A stretch of DNA of 63,988 bases, the filler included, from Octopus bimaculoides (Eukaryota): the NCBI RefSeq assembly GCF_001194135.2. It is 7 parts of 4 records of this genome, joined end to end, with 100 filler letters (N's around TTAATTAATTAA, not from the genome) between each part and the next. Parts side by side here need not be neighbours in the genome. Positions count along the whole stretch, not along the records: positions 1 to 17,636 come from NC_068987.1; 6 more parts are not named here. The stretch is one strand, 5' to 3'. Positions 1-11,126 of the stretch are shown in pieces. The translations under genes were made by a program, and so were the position numbers. The stretch's first letter is position 1, and the number at the start of each line of letters is the position of its first letter. The notes below the pieces were generated by a model. The model was not told the origin of the DNA, did no database searches, and worked only from the letters and a program-made list of their open reading frames with translations.

Positions 1-160
<160 letters not shown>

Positions 161-733
161 ATGCATATATGGTGGTACGCATACACATACCAAACCTAGA
201 AATATATATTCACAACACACACACACACCTCTACGCACCTACACGCATCCCACGTACACATCCTCACGCGCACACATATGAAAAATGTGTATGCATGCTC
301 GGTTGCGAAAGGCCATAAAACAATATTTCACTGCGAGATAAAAAGAATCTGATGCATCATTCATGAGGTCCACTTAGCCGATCAAAGGTTGCATAAATGC
401 ACCAGTCCAGGCACTTTACCATGAAATCCTTCTTGTTCGCTTGTAATTGTTGTCATAAATTATGGACATACAAACCTATTTAGTTCATAAGTATTTATGG
501 TCGGAGCTGATAGGGAGATGAGTGCGTGAGTGTGAGTGCTAGTGTGTGTGTGAGTGTGTGTGTGTGTGTCGGAGACAGAGGAGGAGAGAGAGAGGGCGAG
601 AGAGAAGGATGTGTTGATGTTTGTATGTGTGTGTGTGTGTGTGTGGTGGATTTTCGGGCACTGCTGTGGAGTAATGCCGCCATGACCATGATCAGAATGC
701 TGCATGGATTGTGTGGATACATGTGTATGTGTA

Positions 734-779
<46 letters not shown>

Positions 780-1669
780 TACATATAGATACATATATAT
801 ATATATANNNNNNNNNNNNNNNNNNNNNNNNNNNNNNNNNNNNNNNNNNNNNNNNNNNNNNNNNNNNNNNNNNNNNNNNNNNNNNNNNNNNNNNNNNNNN
901 NNNNNNNNNNNNNNNNNNNNNNNNNNNNNNNNNNNNNNNNNNNNNNNNNNNNNNNNNNNNNNNNNNNNNNNNNNNNNNNNNNNNNNNNNNNNNNNNNNNN
1001 NNNNNNNNNNNNNNNNNNNNNNNNNNNNNNNNNNNNNNNNNNNNNNNNNNNNNNNNNNNNNNNNNNNNNNNNNNNNNNNNNNNNNNNNNNNNNNNNNNNN
1101 NNNNNNNNNNNNNNNNNNNNNNNNNNNNNNNNNNNNNNNNNNNNNNNNNNNNNNNNNNNNNNNNNNNNNNNNNNNNNNNNNNNNNNNNNNNNNNNNNNNN
1201 NNNNNNNNNNNNNNNNNNNNNNNNNNNNNNNNNNNNNNNNNNNNNNNNNNNNNNNNNNNNNNNNNNNNNNNNNNNNNNNNNNNNNNNNNNNNNNNNNNNN
1301 NNNNNNNNNNNNNNNNNNNNNNNNNNNNNNNNNNNNNNNNNNNNNNNNNNNNNNNNNNNNNNNNNNNNNNNNNNNNNNNNNNNNNNNNNNNNNNNNNNNN
1401 NNNNNNNNNNNNNNNNNNNNNNNNNNNNNNNNNNNNNNNNNNNNNNNNNNNNNNNNNNNNNNNNNNNNNNNNNNNNNNNNNNNNNNNNNNNNNNNNNNNN
1501 NNNNNNNNNNNNNNNNNNNNNNNNNNNNNNNNNNNNNNNNNNNNNNNNNNNNNNNNNNNNNNNNNNNNNNNNNNNNNNNNNNNNNNNNNNNNNNNNNNNN
1601 NNNNNNNNNNNNNNNNNNNNNNNNNNNNNNNNNNNNNNNNNNNNNNNNNNNNNNNNNNNNNNNNNNNNN

Positions 1670-2345
1670 AGGAGGAGAGGAGGAGGAAAGACTTCCTGGA
1701 AAAGTCTAAGGAGGGGGAAGGACTTCCTGGAAAAATCGAAGGGAGAGAAAAAGCCTTTCCTGGAAAAGGCCAAGGGAGGTGAAAGGGGGGAACTTCCTGG
1801 AAAAAGCCGAGGAGGGAGAGAGGATGGGAACTTCCTGGAAAAGTCTGAGAGGGATCAGAAAGGAGAGGAAGTGGACGAAGGGGAGAAAGAGCAGGAAGAG
1901 AAAATGGAAGAGGAAGGGGAGGTAGGAAGTGGAGAAAAGACTTCCTAGAAAATTCCAAGGTGGAGAGAGGTCTAACTTCCTAGAAAAGTCCGTGGAGGTA
2001 GGGAGGTTGGGGACTTCCTGGAAAACTCCAAGTAGGGAAAGAGGGTAGCTTCTTGGAAAAGTCTGAGGGGATGAAGGAGAATGGGAGAAAGGAAGGGGGA
2101 GGGAAGGAAAGACTTCCTGGAAAAGGTCCAAGGCAGAGGTGAAAGGGGAATAATGAAGGGGAGTAAGGGGCTGAAAGGTGGAAAGGAATAGGAGGGGGAG
2201 AAATGAAGGCGAAGGTGAGGAAGAGGAGAAAGGAAGGGGAGGAAGAGGAGTGTAGGAAAGACTTCCTGGAAAAGTGCGAGGGGGATAAGGAAGAGGAGAA
2301 AGGAAGGGAAGGAAGAGGAGTATAGGAAAGACTTCCTAGAAAAAG
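1670..2345 (+). repeat. Purine-rich degenerate minisatellite with ACTTCCTGGAAAA core (left arm of inverted structure)
   Basis: Direct: 12 TTCNNNGAA cores at ~1693, 1724, 1757, 1794, 1832, 1942, 1977, 2015, 2050, 2114, 2263 and 2333, separated by G/A-rich spacers. Confidence 0.9.
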
Positions 2346-2724
2346 TGCGAGGGGGATAAGGAAGGGGAGAAAGTCCATCATTGTTGTGCAATGCTGTGAT
2401 GGCCGCCCGTCCTGAAACATGGCCAACACATAATGGAGCAAAGCATCAGACCTACTGAGGAACAGCGAGGCCGTATGCGTGCAGATGACGACGACGTGCA
2501 AAATGGACAGATGTTGCTGTTGCTTGTCTTGTATGCTCTACGCTTTTCCTTCCTGCCCGCGATTGTCATCTCCTTTCCATGGCTGTGGCTGCTGTCGGTC
2601 AGTGCTCACTCTGTGGATCTCCATGAGAGCGTTTGTGCCAGTTGACAGAGTGGCAGCCGCAAGCTTCTTACACCTTCACCATTGCACTGTAAGCTCGCAA
2701 ACATGAAAACCAAAATGTATATTG

Positions 2725-2826
2725 CCCTTGACTCTGACAAGAGTACCTGCCAAATTTAAGCTTATCACTAAGCGGAGGGAAAGAAACCAACTGGGATTCC
2801 CTAAGTAACTGCGAATGAACTGGGAG
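2725..2826 (+). pseudogene. Degenerate 28S (LSU) rRNA 5'-end fragment
   Basis: GAGTACCTGCCAAATTTAAGCTTATCACTAAGCGGAGGGAAAGAAACCAACTGGGATTCCCTAAGTAACTGCGAATGAAC matches the conserved LSU 5' region (ACCCGCTGAA.TTAAGCATATCA.TAAGCGGAGGAAAAGAAAC.AAC..GGATT.CC..AGTAACGGCGAGTGAA, the LR0R/ITS4 primer region) with many substitutions. Confidence 0.85.
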
Positions 2827-2929
2827 GATCGTACAGGGTTGATTGTTTTGCCCGGCTAAGTTAGGAGTGCCCTTGATTGGGGTTGCCCAGAGCAGGTGCC
2901 AGGCCCATTTGGAAGCAGCAGCACCTGCT

Positions 2930-2985
2930 GCCGCCAATCAGTGATGAGCATCGGCAACCTACCCGACCTGTCTTGAAACATGGAC
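2930..2985 (+). pseudogene. Degenerate 28S rRNA fragment (D2/D3 boundary)
   Basis: TCGGCAACCTACCCGACCTGTCTTGAAACATGGAC matches conserved LSU CCACCCGACCCGTCTTGAAACACGGACC (LR3 primer region). A second weaker copy lies at 2405-2427. Confidence 0.8.
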
Positions 2986-2995
2986 ACATTTGATA

Positions 2996-3435
2996 CTTTT
3001 CCAGGAAGTTTCCCCTACTCAACTCTCCTCGGACTTTCCCAGGAAGTTCCCCTGCTCCTCACCCCACCTTGGACTTTTCCAGGAAGTTTCTCCCCTTTCA
3101 CACCCCTCCCCAGACTTTTCCAGGAAGTTCCCCATCTTCTACACCTCCTTAGGTATTTCAATGAAATTACCCCACTTCTCCTCCTCGGACATTTCCATGA
3201 AGTTCCCCCTCTTCTAACCCTCCTTGTGCTTTTCCAGAAACTTTCCCCTTTTTCACTCCCCTATTCCGGCTTTTCCAAGATGTCCCCCTCCTTGGTCTTT
3301 TCCAGGAAGTTTCCCCGTTTTCACCCCTAAAACTGGAAAAGTCCAAAGGGGGGAGGAGGAGATCTTCCTGGAAAAATCTGAGGAGGGGAAACTTCCTGGA
3401 AGTTCCCCTCCTTGGACTTTTCCTGGAAGTTCCCC
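2996..3435 (-). repeat. Reverse-complement copy of the ACTTCCTGGAAAA minisatellite (right arm)
   Basis: Direct: TTTTCCAGGAAGT cores in pyrimidine-rich spacers (~2999, 3077, 3118, 3300, with variants at 3157 and 3193) and a local re-inversion at ~3330-3430. Confidence 0.9.
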
Positions 3436-3619
3436 CTCTATCCTCTCCTTGGACACTGAATAATGAGAGACAATCCATCTGTGAACATCCTGTCTTGTTG
3501 GGCATAGTTCTAGGATCACATCACTAAAATGATCCTTTTATGATGATAGGGTTTGATTTGAGGAGAGTTGGTTGCTATTTCTAGCTGGCTTAGTGACCGG
3601 ATAGGAGCACTCTCATTGG

Positions 3620-4030
3620 CTCACAGTGGTTGTGATGATGAGGAGGAAGAGGAGAATGACGATGATGATGACAATGATAATGTTGCCGAAAGTGGTGACG
3701 ATGACAACGATGATGACAACGATGATGATGATGGCAACGATGATGATGACAATGATGATGATGACAGTGATGATGACGACAACCATGATGATGACAATGA
3801 TGATGATGACGACGATGGTAATACTAATGATGACGATGATGGTGTTGACAGTGGTAATGATGATGATGGTGTTCATGACAATGATGAGGAGGAGGAAGAA
3901 GAGGATGATGACAATGACGATGATAATGACATCAGTGAGGAAAATGACGATGACGATGATGATGATGATAATGATGGCAAAGATGATGATGATGATGATG
4001 ATGATTCTACTGATAATAAAGATGATTATG
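3620..4030. repeat. (GAT/GAC)n compound trinucleotide microsatellite
   Basis: Direct; accounts for the poly-Asp and poly-Met ORFs in the track. Confidence 0.93.
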
Positions 4031-5099
4031 ATCCTAATAAAGTCGTTTATTCTCGTTATTTACCTTCTAATTACATGAATCTTAATCAACCAGAGCTTAT
4101 TACGATATAATACGTTCCAACCATGACCATCTTGCCTTTCTAGCAGGCATCGTGTATCAAGGTCAACTTTGTCCACTCTAGAATGTGATTTGACTGCTAT
4201 TTCTTGCAGCTCGGCATGATGAACTCAAGGAAAAGGACAAAGAGAAAGAAGAAATATGTGAACGTTTTTAATGGTAATGCTGATGGTTGTGGTTGTTGTT
4301 GTTGTTGTGACTTGATTTGATGTTGTAGTGTCAGCTGCAGTAGGGAACAATAAACGGAGTGGTGGTGGTGGNNNNNNNNNNNNNNNNNNNNNNNNNNNNN
4401 NNNNNNNNNNNNNNNNNNNNNNNNNNNNNNNNNNNNNNNNNNNNNNNNNNNNNNNNNNNNNNNNNNNNNNNNNNNNNNNNNNNNNNNNNNNNNNNNNNNN
4501 NNNNNNNNNNNNNNNNNNNNNNNNNNNNNNNNNNNNNNNNNNNNNNNNNNNNNNNNNNNNNNNNNNNNNNNNNNNNNNNNNNNNNNNNNNNNNNNNNNNN
4601 NNNNNNNNNNNNNNNNNNNNNNNNNNNNNNNNNNNNNNNNNNNNNNNNNNNNNNNNNNNNNNNNNNNNNNNNNNNNNNNNNNNNNNNNNNNNNNNNNNNN
4701 NNNNNNNNNNNNNNNNNNNNNNNNNNNNNNNNNNNNNNNNNNNNNNNNNNNNNNNNNNNNNNNNNNNNNNNNNNNNNNNNNNNNNNNNNNNNNNNNNNNN
4801 NNNNNNNNNNNNNNNNNNNNNNNNNNNNNNNNNNNNNNNNNNNNNNNNNNNNNNNNNNNNNNNNNNNNNNNNNNNNNNNNNNNNNNNNNNNNNNNNNNNN
4901 NNNNNNNNNNNNNNNNNNNNNNNNNNNNNNNNNNNNNNNNNNNNNNNNNNNNNNNNNNNNNNNNNNNNNNNNNNNNNNNNNNNNNNNNNNNNNNNNNNNN
5001 NNNNNNNNNNNNNNNNNNNNNNNNNNNNNNNNNNNNNNNNNNNNNNNNNNNNNNNNNNNNNNNNNNNNNNNNNNNNNNNNNNNAACATCGCCATTTGCA

Positions 5100-5490
5100 A
5101 TGAAAGGGTTGGGTTGGGTTGGGTTGGTTCCCTTGCAGAGAGAGAGGGGGAGGAGGGGAGGAGGGGGAAAGAAAGGAAAAGAGAGAAGGGAGGGGATAGA
5201 GTAAGTTGGGGGTAAGGGAATGATAGAAAGTAATAGGAGATGGGGAATGGGAGGAGGGGAGAGATGGGGAGAGATGGAGGAAGAGAGAGAAAGAGAGGAG
5301 AGAGAGAGTAATGGGGAGGGGTAATGATAGAAAGACATGAGAGAGGACAAGAAGAGAGAGGAAGAGTGAGGAGAAGTGAGAGATGAGGAGGAGTGAGGGG
5401 AGATAGTGATGGGTAGGGGAGAAACAGAGAGAGACACAGAGGGGAGAGGAGAGAGGGAGAATAAGAAAAGAGGAGAGAGAGAGAGAGACA
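5100..5490. repeat. GA-rich polypurine low-complexity tract
   Basis: Direct: near-pure A/G on the + strand. Confidence 0.9.
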
Positions 5491-5904
5491 TATTAACTAT
5501 CTTTTATACACAACACATACAGACACATACACACACGTATTCACCCACACAATACCTTCTAATCTCCTTTGGTACCCACTGAAGCCAGAACACTGACCAG
5601 CTGCTCTAAATAAACAGCGAAAAAGCTAAACAAACTCTCTGACCTGCAAGGGTTAACTGTTTTGATATTTCTATTCCCAACACAACCGAATTATGCAAAT
5701 GAGATAAGGAGTAGTGGGAGAGAAAAAAACACTGTCAAAATTTATTGTATTTTCATCAACATCTCTGTTTTATCTCCCTTTCACTTTTTCAGATTTAGTC
5801 TGCCTCTATATAAATCGGTAGGTGAATAGATCTTGTTGTTGAGACAAATGAGGGTCTTTGTTGTTTGAACAACACAACTAACTAATCTTTATCTTTTGTC
5901 ATTC

Positions 5905-5995
5905 ATCTTTTATCTTTTGCTTGTTTCAGTGATTGGACTGTGGCCATGTTGGAGCATCACTTTGAGGGGGTTTAATGGAACAAATTGATTCTTTT
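5905..5995 (-). mobile_element. SINE family C 3'-tail fragment
   Basis: Reverse complement of the GTGCTCCAGCATGGCCRCAGTC..ATGACTGAAACAAG tail seen in the full copy at 28447-28805. Confidence 0.7.
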
Positions 5996-6753
5996 GAATT
6001 AATCATGCATTATCTTGTAGCTTCAAGATTTCAATGGTGTATTTGTATATTTTTAGAATGGCATTGTAGGGTAGGTGTGAGAAGTTGGATATGGTCAGTT
6101 TTGACATAAAACAGGTAGAATATTTGGGTTGGATTTGACTGGATTAAATGCTGAAGGATTAACTATAAAAATATAATAAGATCGTTTTTAAACATCAGAT
6201 GGCTCTGAGGGTCAGCCAGAGTAAAATAGGCATCAAAAGGGTCAATAGGGGAAACAAAAATGGTAGACAGGCGCTGGTCTTGAGTGAAAGTATACAGAAG
6301 CAATGAGAGACAGCAGCTTTCACAGACAGAGAACATGATACCAAACAATTCCAATTGGCAGTTGTTTCCTTTGATTATAAACTGCAGCATAGATATAGAG
6401 ATCCAGTCTTTGAGATGGAATAATAAAAAAAATGCCAGCTGTCCTATGACAGCTGCCGAAGACAGTGGCACCAAATTAAATAGACTTTGCTTCATCAGTG
6501 AAAATAAATATTTATGACAAAACATTGAAGGTGGTGTAAGAAATAAATGGAAACTAAGATTAGTGAGATATTTCAAAGGAAGAAATGAACAAAATGCAAC
6601 CCAGCACAGACAAGAGACAGTCTCCCCCCCCCCCTGGGAACAATACTGATGAGATGTAGGTAGGCGGAAATTGCTGACTGTAAAGAATAACCTTGTTAGT
6701 ACGAGACGATGCTTCACGTTTTGACAGGTCTTTATTTAGACAAATATTGATTA

Positions 6754-6958
6754 GTAGAACTAGTAGAGTGCCAGACAAAATGCTTTGTGGCATCACTTGT
6801 TCCAGCTCTAGGCATTCTGAGTTCAAATCCAGTTGGGGGTCATCTTGGTCTTTGGAGGTTAATAGAATTAAAGTACCAGTTGAGTACTAGGGTCAATGTA
6901 ATTGACTTATTCCCACTACTGTTCAGATTGGTGGCCTTGTGCCAAAATTTGAAAGAAT
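6754..6958 (+). mobile_element. tRNA-derived SINE family A, diverged copy
   Basis: B-box-like GAGTTCAAATCC and family tail AAGTACCAGTTGAGTACT.GGGTC.ATGTAAT.GACTT...GGCCTTGTGCC. Confidence 0.75.
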
Positions 6959-6982
6959 CGTGATTATGATCATGATCTTGAT

Positions 6983-7143
6983 TAGATCGACCCCAGTGTG
7001 TAACCGGTGCTTAATTTATCGACCCTGAAAGGATGAAAGGCAAAATTGACCTCAGCAGAATTTGAACTCAGAACGTAACGGCAGACGAAATACCGCTAAG
7101 CATTTTGCTCGGCGTGCTAACGTTTCTGCCAAGCTCACCACCT
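6983..7143 (-). mobile_element. SINE family A
   Basis: Reverse complement of the family head GG.GG.GAGCTGGCAGAA.CGTTAGCACGCC...GAGTTCAAATTC; tail-to-tail with the previous copy. Confidence 0.85.
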
Positions 7144-7700
7144 TACATGCCTCTATAATGACATACCACACAACTGAGGTTGTTATGAGTTAGTATCGCA
7201 GCGAGTGTTATTGTTGTTGTTACTATTGTTGAGGTCGTTGCTGATGGGCCTACTTTACACTGCCTTTTGTTCTGTAAATCTTGCTCCTGTTAAGAGTGTT
7301 TTGAGTTGAGATAATGCAAGTGATATGCAAGTTCACTCGTAAACATTTGGTGTAAAAATGTCAAATATATTAGGATTATATTCTGGGTTTATGTTTCTTC
7401 GTCTTTGAAATCTTCTTATTGTTTTGACTGAACTAAAGACAAGAGAATTCTCTATTAAGGTCTCACAAACAACAGCAAAACTAACAACAACAACAACAAC
7501 ATCATTAATAAAAATAGCATCAACAACAACAACAGCAGCAGCAGTAGCAGCAGCAACAACACTAACAGAGACAACATCAATGGTGACAATAACAACAACA
7601 TCACAATATGCAATTACAACGACAGGTTTGATATGTAACTATGGTAACATTAGCATAGAGTGAAAACAATGAGATCAACTGTAACACCACCGCCACCACC

Positions 7701-7732
<32 letters not shown>

Positions 7733-7879
7733 CAGCAACAACAATTCTATCCCTTACATGGAATTACAATAATAGGTTGAATACGTAGCCTATGTTAACT
7801 GGTGGAAACCTAGAAATCTCTGCTCTTAGGTACCTTATGTAAACACAAAATAGGTGTACATGTATTTTAACAACTCTAC

Positions 7880-8340
7880 ACATCTCAGTGACTTCTGAAT
7901 GTGGAGAACTAGTGGCACAAACCTCAGAGACTCCCTGATCTCTGAGCAAGGTACCCTGTCAAGTAACCTTATTCGAGAGACCCTTCGGAAGAACCCCATT
8001 TTGGTCACTTGTACTTGTGATCCTACTCTTTCTGTTATTACCCAACATCCATGACCATAGGTGAGGACGGACAGGTATGAAAACCAAATTGAAGGTAGAG
8101 AGTTTGGCCTTTATTCCAATCTCTTCTCTTTTGAGGATCAAAAGATGGAGCTGGTGCATTACTGCATCAGTACCTGCAATTCAAGCATCCAGTCCAGCCT
8201 CTTGTTTCCCATTACTCACGATTATGGCAGCCCCGAGATACTTAGACTTCTTGCCTCAATGACGTTCCACTAACAAGCAGAGTGTACTCACAAGACTGTT
8301 CTTCAGGTATTTTCGAAATCCATATTCCAATCTGTCCTGG
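7880..8340 (-). mobile_element. RTE-clade LINE, RT C-terminal fragment (pseudogenised)
   Basis: Minus-strand translation across frameshifts: KYLGAAIIVSNGKQEAGLDA*IAGTDAVMHQLHLLILKREEIGIKAKLS...LTYGHGCWVITERVGSQVQVTKMGFFRRVSRIRLLDRVPCSEIRESL, typical of RTE/Expander-like elements. Confidence 0.82.
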
Positions 8341-8534
8341 GATGGTGTTCAAAAGAGTGTTAGACTAATGTCTGTGACAGTCAAACTTACATATTAGAAC
8401 CATTGACTTGGAGCCTTTCTTCTTGCTTCTTATCCCTCCCACCATCTCAACACAGCATTTCTGTTCTTTATCAAAAATTAAAAACACCGACAGATAAATT
8501 GATAGATTGTTCTTGAGAGGACTAATGTCTTGGT

Positions 8535-8630
8535 CTTTGCAATATGAATTCTTTGCAATATGAATTCTTTGCAATATGAATTCTTTGCAATATGAATTCT
8601 TTGCAATATGAATTCTTTGCAATATGAATT
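8535..8630. repeat. Perfect 16-bp tandem repeat x6 (CTTTGCAATATGAATT)
   Basis: Direct count of six identical units. Confidence 0.95.
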
Positions 8631-8637
8631 CTCTATA

Positions 8638-8870
8638 GGGCAGTGAGCTGGCAGAATCATTAGCAAGCCGGGCGAAATGCTTAGCAGTATTTTGTTTGCC
8701 GTTATGTTCTGAGTTCAAATTCCGCCAAGGTCTACTTGCCTTTCATCCTTTCATGGTCAATTAAATAAGTATCAGTTATGCACTGTGGTTGCTGTAATCG
8801 ACTTAATCCCTTTGTCTGTCCTTGTTTGTCCCCTCTATGTTTATCCCCCTGTGGGAAATAAAGAAATAAA
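8638..8870 (+). mobile_element. SINE family A with LINE-like tail variant
   Basis: Head GGCAGTGAGCTGGCAGAATCATTAGCAAGCCGGGCGAAATGC and B-box GAGTTCAAATTCC; tail TTTGTCTGTCCTTGTTTGTCC...TGTGGGAAATAAAG. Confidence 0.88.
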
Positions 8871-8904
8871 TATTAATTCTCTGTCCTGTCTTGTAGCAAT
8901 CAGC

Positions 8905-9165
8905 AGCAAACCTATTACAATGTCACAGGAAAGAATTGCAAGATGGATTCTTCAAGCCGAAACAACTGACAGAAAATCTAGGGATCGACCAAGAACGAGA
9001 TGGTTGAATAATATCCATTGTCTTATTTGGTTGTGATTAGGAACCCAGCCAGAAGGTCTAATGAATGTCGTTTCTGATAGAACCCGATGTAGGTGGTGCC
9101 TGCGGACTGTACTCCCAAGACTCTCTCAGGAATAGTGAATGGAGAAGATGGATGGATGGATGAAC
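8905..9165 (+). mobile_element. RTE-clade LINE 3' end with (GATG)n tail
   Basis: Translation MSQERIARWILQAETTDRKSRDRPRTRWLNNIHCLIWL*LGTQPEGLMNVVSDR (GRPRTRW motif), followed by GAAGATGGATGGATGGATG. Confidence 0.8.
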
Positions 9166-9339
9166 GGGTACACATTTTAGTTGCATAGCATGGATTTTGG
9201 ACCTCACCCCTTTATTAAATGTAGCATGTTTTCAACTACATCAAATACCCACATGTATGATTCTCCTGTGTGGTCCAAACACCCCCAAACATCCTTGGGT
9301 GTGTTACACCGCTAAACCATCATCTTTCTTTTGTGTGTG

Positions 9340-9670
9340 TGAAGGTGCATGGCTTAGTGGTTAGGCTATTTGGCTCACAATCATAAGGACAAGAGTTCAA
9401 TTCTCAGTGGCACGTTGTGTCCTTGAGCAAGACGCTTTATTTCCCATTGCTCCAGTCCACTCAGCTGGCGAAAACGAGTCGTACCCATAATTCAAGGGAT
9501 TAGCCTTGTCACACTCTGTGTCATGCTGCTGAATCTATCAAGGGACTACTTGAAGGGCATGTGTGCTTGTGGAGTACTCAGCCACTCACAAGATAATCTT
9601 ACAAGTAGGCTGTTCCATTGATCAGATCAACGTGAACCCTTTATTCATAACCAAAGGGGTGCCAGTTATT
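9340..9670 (+). mobile_element. tRNA-headed SINE related to family B (diverged)
   Basis: A-box TGGCTTAGTGG, B-box GAGTTCAATTC, GTGTCCTTGAGCAAG motif, and a tail sharing AGCCTTGTCACACT...GTGGAGT.CTCAGCCACT...AGGCTGTTCC with family B. Confidence 0.75.
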
Positions 9671-10587
9671 TTGCTTGTAATTCTAAATCTGTTATATTGC
9701 TAATCCACTTGGGAAAGACATGGACATCTTAGCATCACATTTCTCTAATAAATCTGACGGAGGTGGATACATAAGAAACACTTAATTCCAATTCATAAGC
9801 AATATCAGAATAATTCACCCAAAAGTGACATAATGGTGTTCCTTCTATTAACTTCAAACTAAGGGCTTCCAAGCTGACACCTATCTCGATAAAGCTCTTC
9901 CGTCATCTCATTCTCATTTCAGATATACAGGAGATCTGATCTGAAGATCTGAAGACAACAGAGAGAAATTACCCAAGTATGCTCTCTTGGATGTATAATG
10001 TCAGCTTGTTAGGGAATACGGAGCAAAGAGAACAATGAATATATGTCAGGGTTGTTGTTGTTGTTGTTGTTTAACAGTAGATCAATGCTGATTGAACAGA
10101 TCTATGATTTGGTCGCTGTTTCTATGATATTGAACGATCACATAAAGGTTTTGAATACAATGAAGTGGGCAAAGAGAGATGACTGCTCTGGTTTGTGATG
10201 TGATGCAAACAAATGAAAGATGCTGAGGGGGAAAAAAGGATCACAGGCTTGTTGATGGTACGTACCCGTAGGGGACAAAGATGCATGATCTCAGGAAGCT
10301 AGGTTTCACTGAAGGTACGAGGGAAAAGGTAAGTAAATAAGTGGGCTTTTCAGTAGCCCCTATGAAACCATACAATCATGACCCCAAAAAATAATGAACA
10401 ATGAAACATTTATGCTAATGAGGAGTAAGAGAAGGAGAAGGAGGGAAAGAAAAATTCTGACTCATTTCTGAGTATTTACCATTCCTATCAGTTTTTTCCA
10501 GCACAAGGTTCATATATGTGTGTGTGTTTGTGTATGTATATATAAATAAATGTGTGTGTGTGTGTGTGCGTGTCTGTGTGTTTAAAG

Positions 10588-10824
10588 CAGTAACTCTCAA
10601 CCATTTTTTGCCTATGGATCCCTTTCATCCCTATTTTACTGATATGGACCCATTTGTTTAAAAAAAATCCTATTATATTTCTGTAATTAAATATTCAGAA
10701 TTGTATACAAAATTGTTAAAATATCTTGTGTATTACTGAAATAGTCAATTCCTCATAAATTTTAACAACAAAATCTTATATATGGACCCCTAAGTGTTGA
10801 ATGGAGCCCTGTTGAGAACCAGTG
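10588..10824. mobile_element. hAT/Charlie-like MITE
   Basis: Imperfect TIRs CAGTAACTCTCAAC ... GTTGAGAACCAGTG; 8-bp flanks GTTTAAAG / TTTTAGAG (6/8 match). Confidence 0.72.
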
Positions 10825-10900
10825 TTTTAGAGCAATGGGTTGAAACTGCAAGAAGTCTGTATGGCACTAATGAGAAACGTTAAACTAAGAAATTAAGACG

Positions 10901-11126
10901 TAACCCTTTCGTTACTGTATTTATTTTGAGATGCTCTGTTTCTTTCAATTACTTTAAATATAACAAAGAATTTAGTAAAATAACTTAGTTATCATTAAGC
11001 TAGTGTTAGGAACATAAATTGTGACTAAAGTTTGGTGGAAAATTTTAATTCAAAACTTACGAAAACAAGACATTTGTACTACAGAACCAGAGCCGGTTTC
11101 AGCCGGGTTGGTAACGAAAGGGTTAA
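10901..11126. mobile_element. piggyBac-like MITE
   Basis: Perfect inverted ends TAACCCTTTCGTTAC / GTAACGAAAGGGTTA, i.e. CCC...GGG termini with (G)TAA / TTAA flanks. Confidence 0.8.

Noticed and set aside
2725-2985. Functional 28S rRNA gene
   Set aside because: Only short fragments, substitutions in invariant positions, and an internal deletion.
1670-3435. CRISPR-like appearance (constant core with variable spacers)
   Set aside because: The core is only ~13-15 bp, the spacers are low-complexity, related to each other and irregular, there are no cas genes, and the context is eukaryotic.
3568-4110. 180-aa Asp-rich ORF
   Set aside because: It is a (GAT/GAC)n microsatellite open in several frames, flanked by dispersed-repeat sequence.
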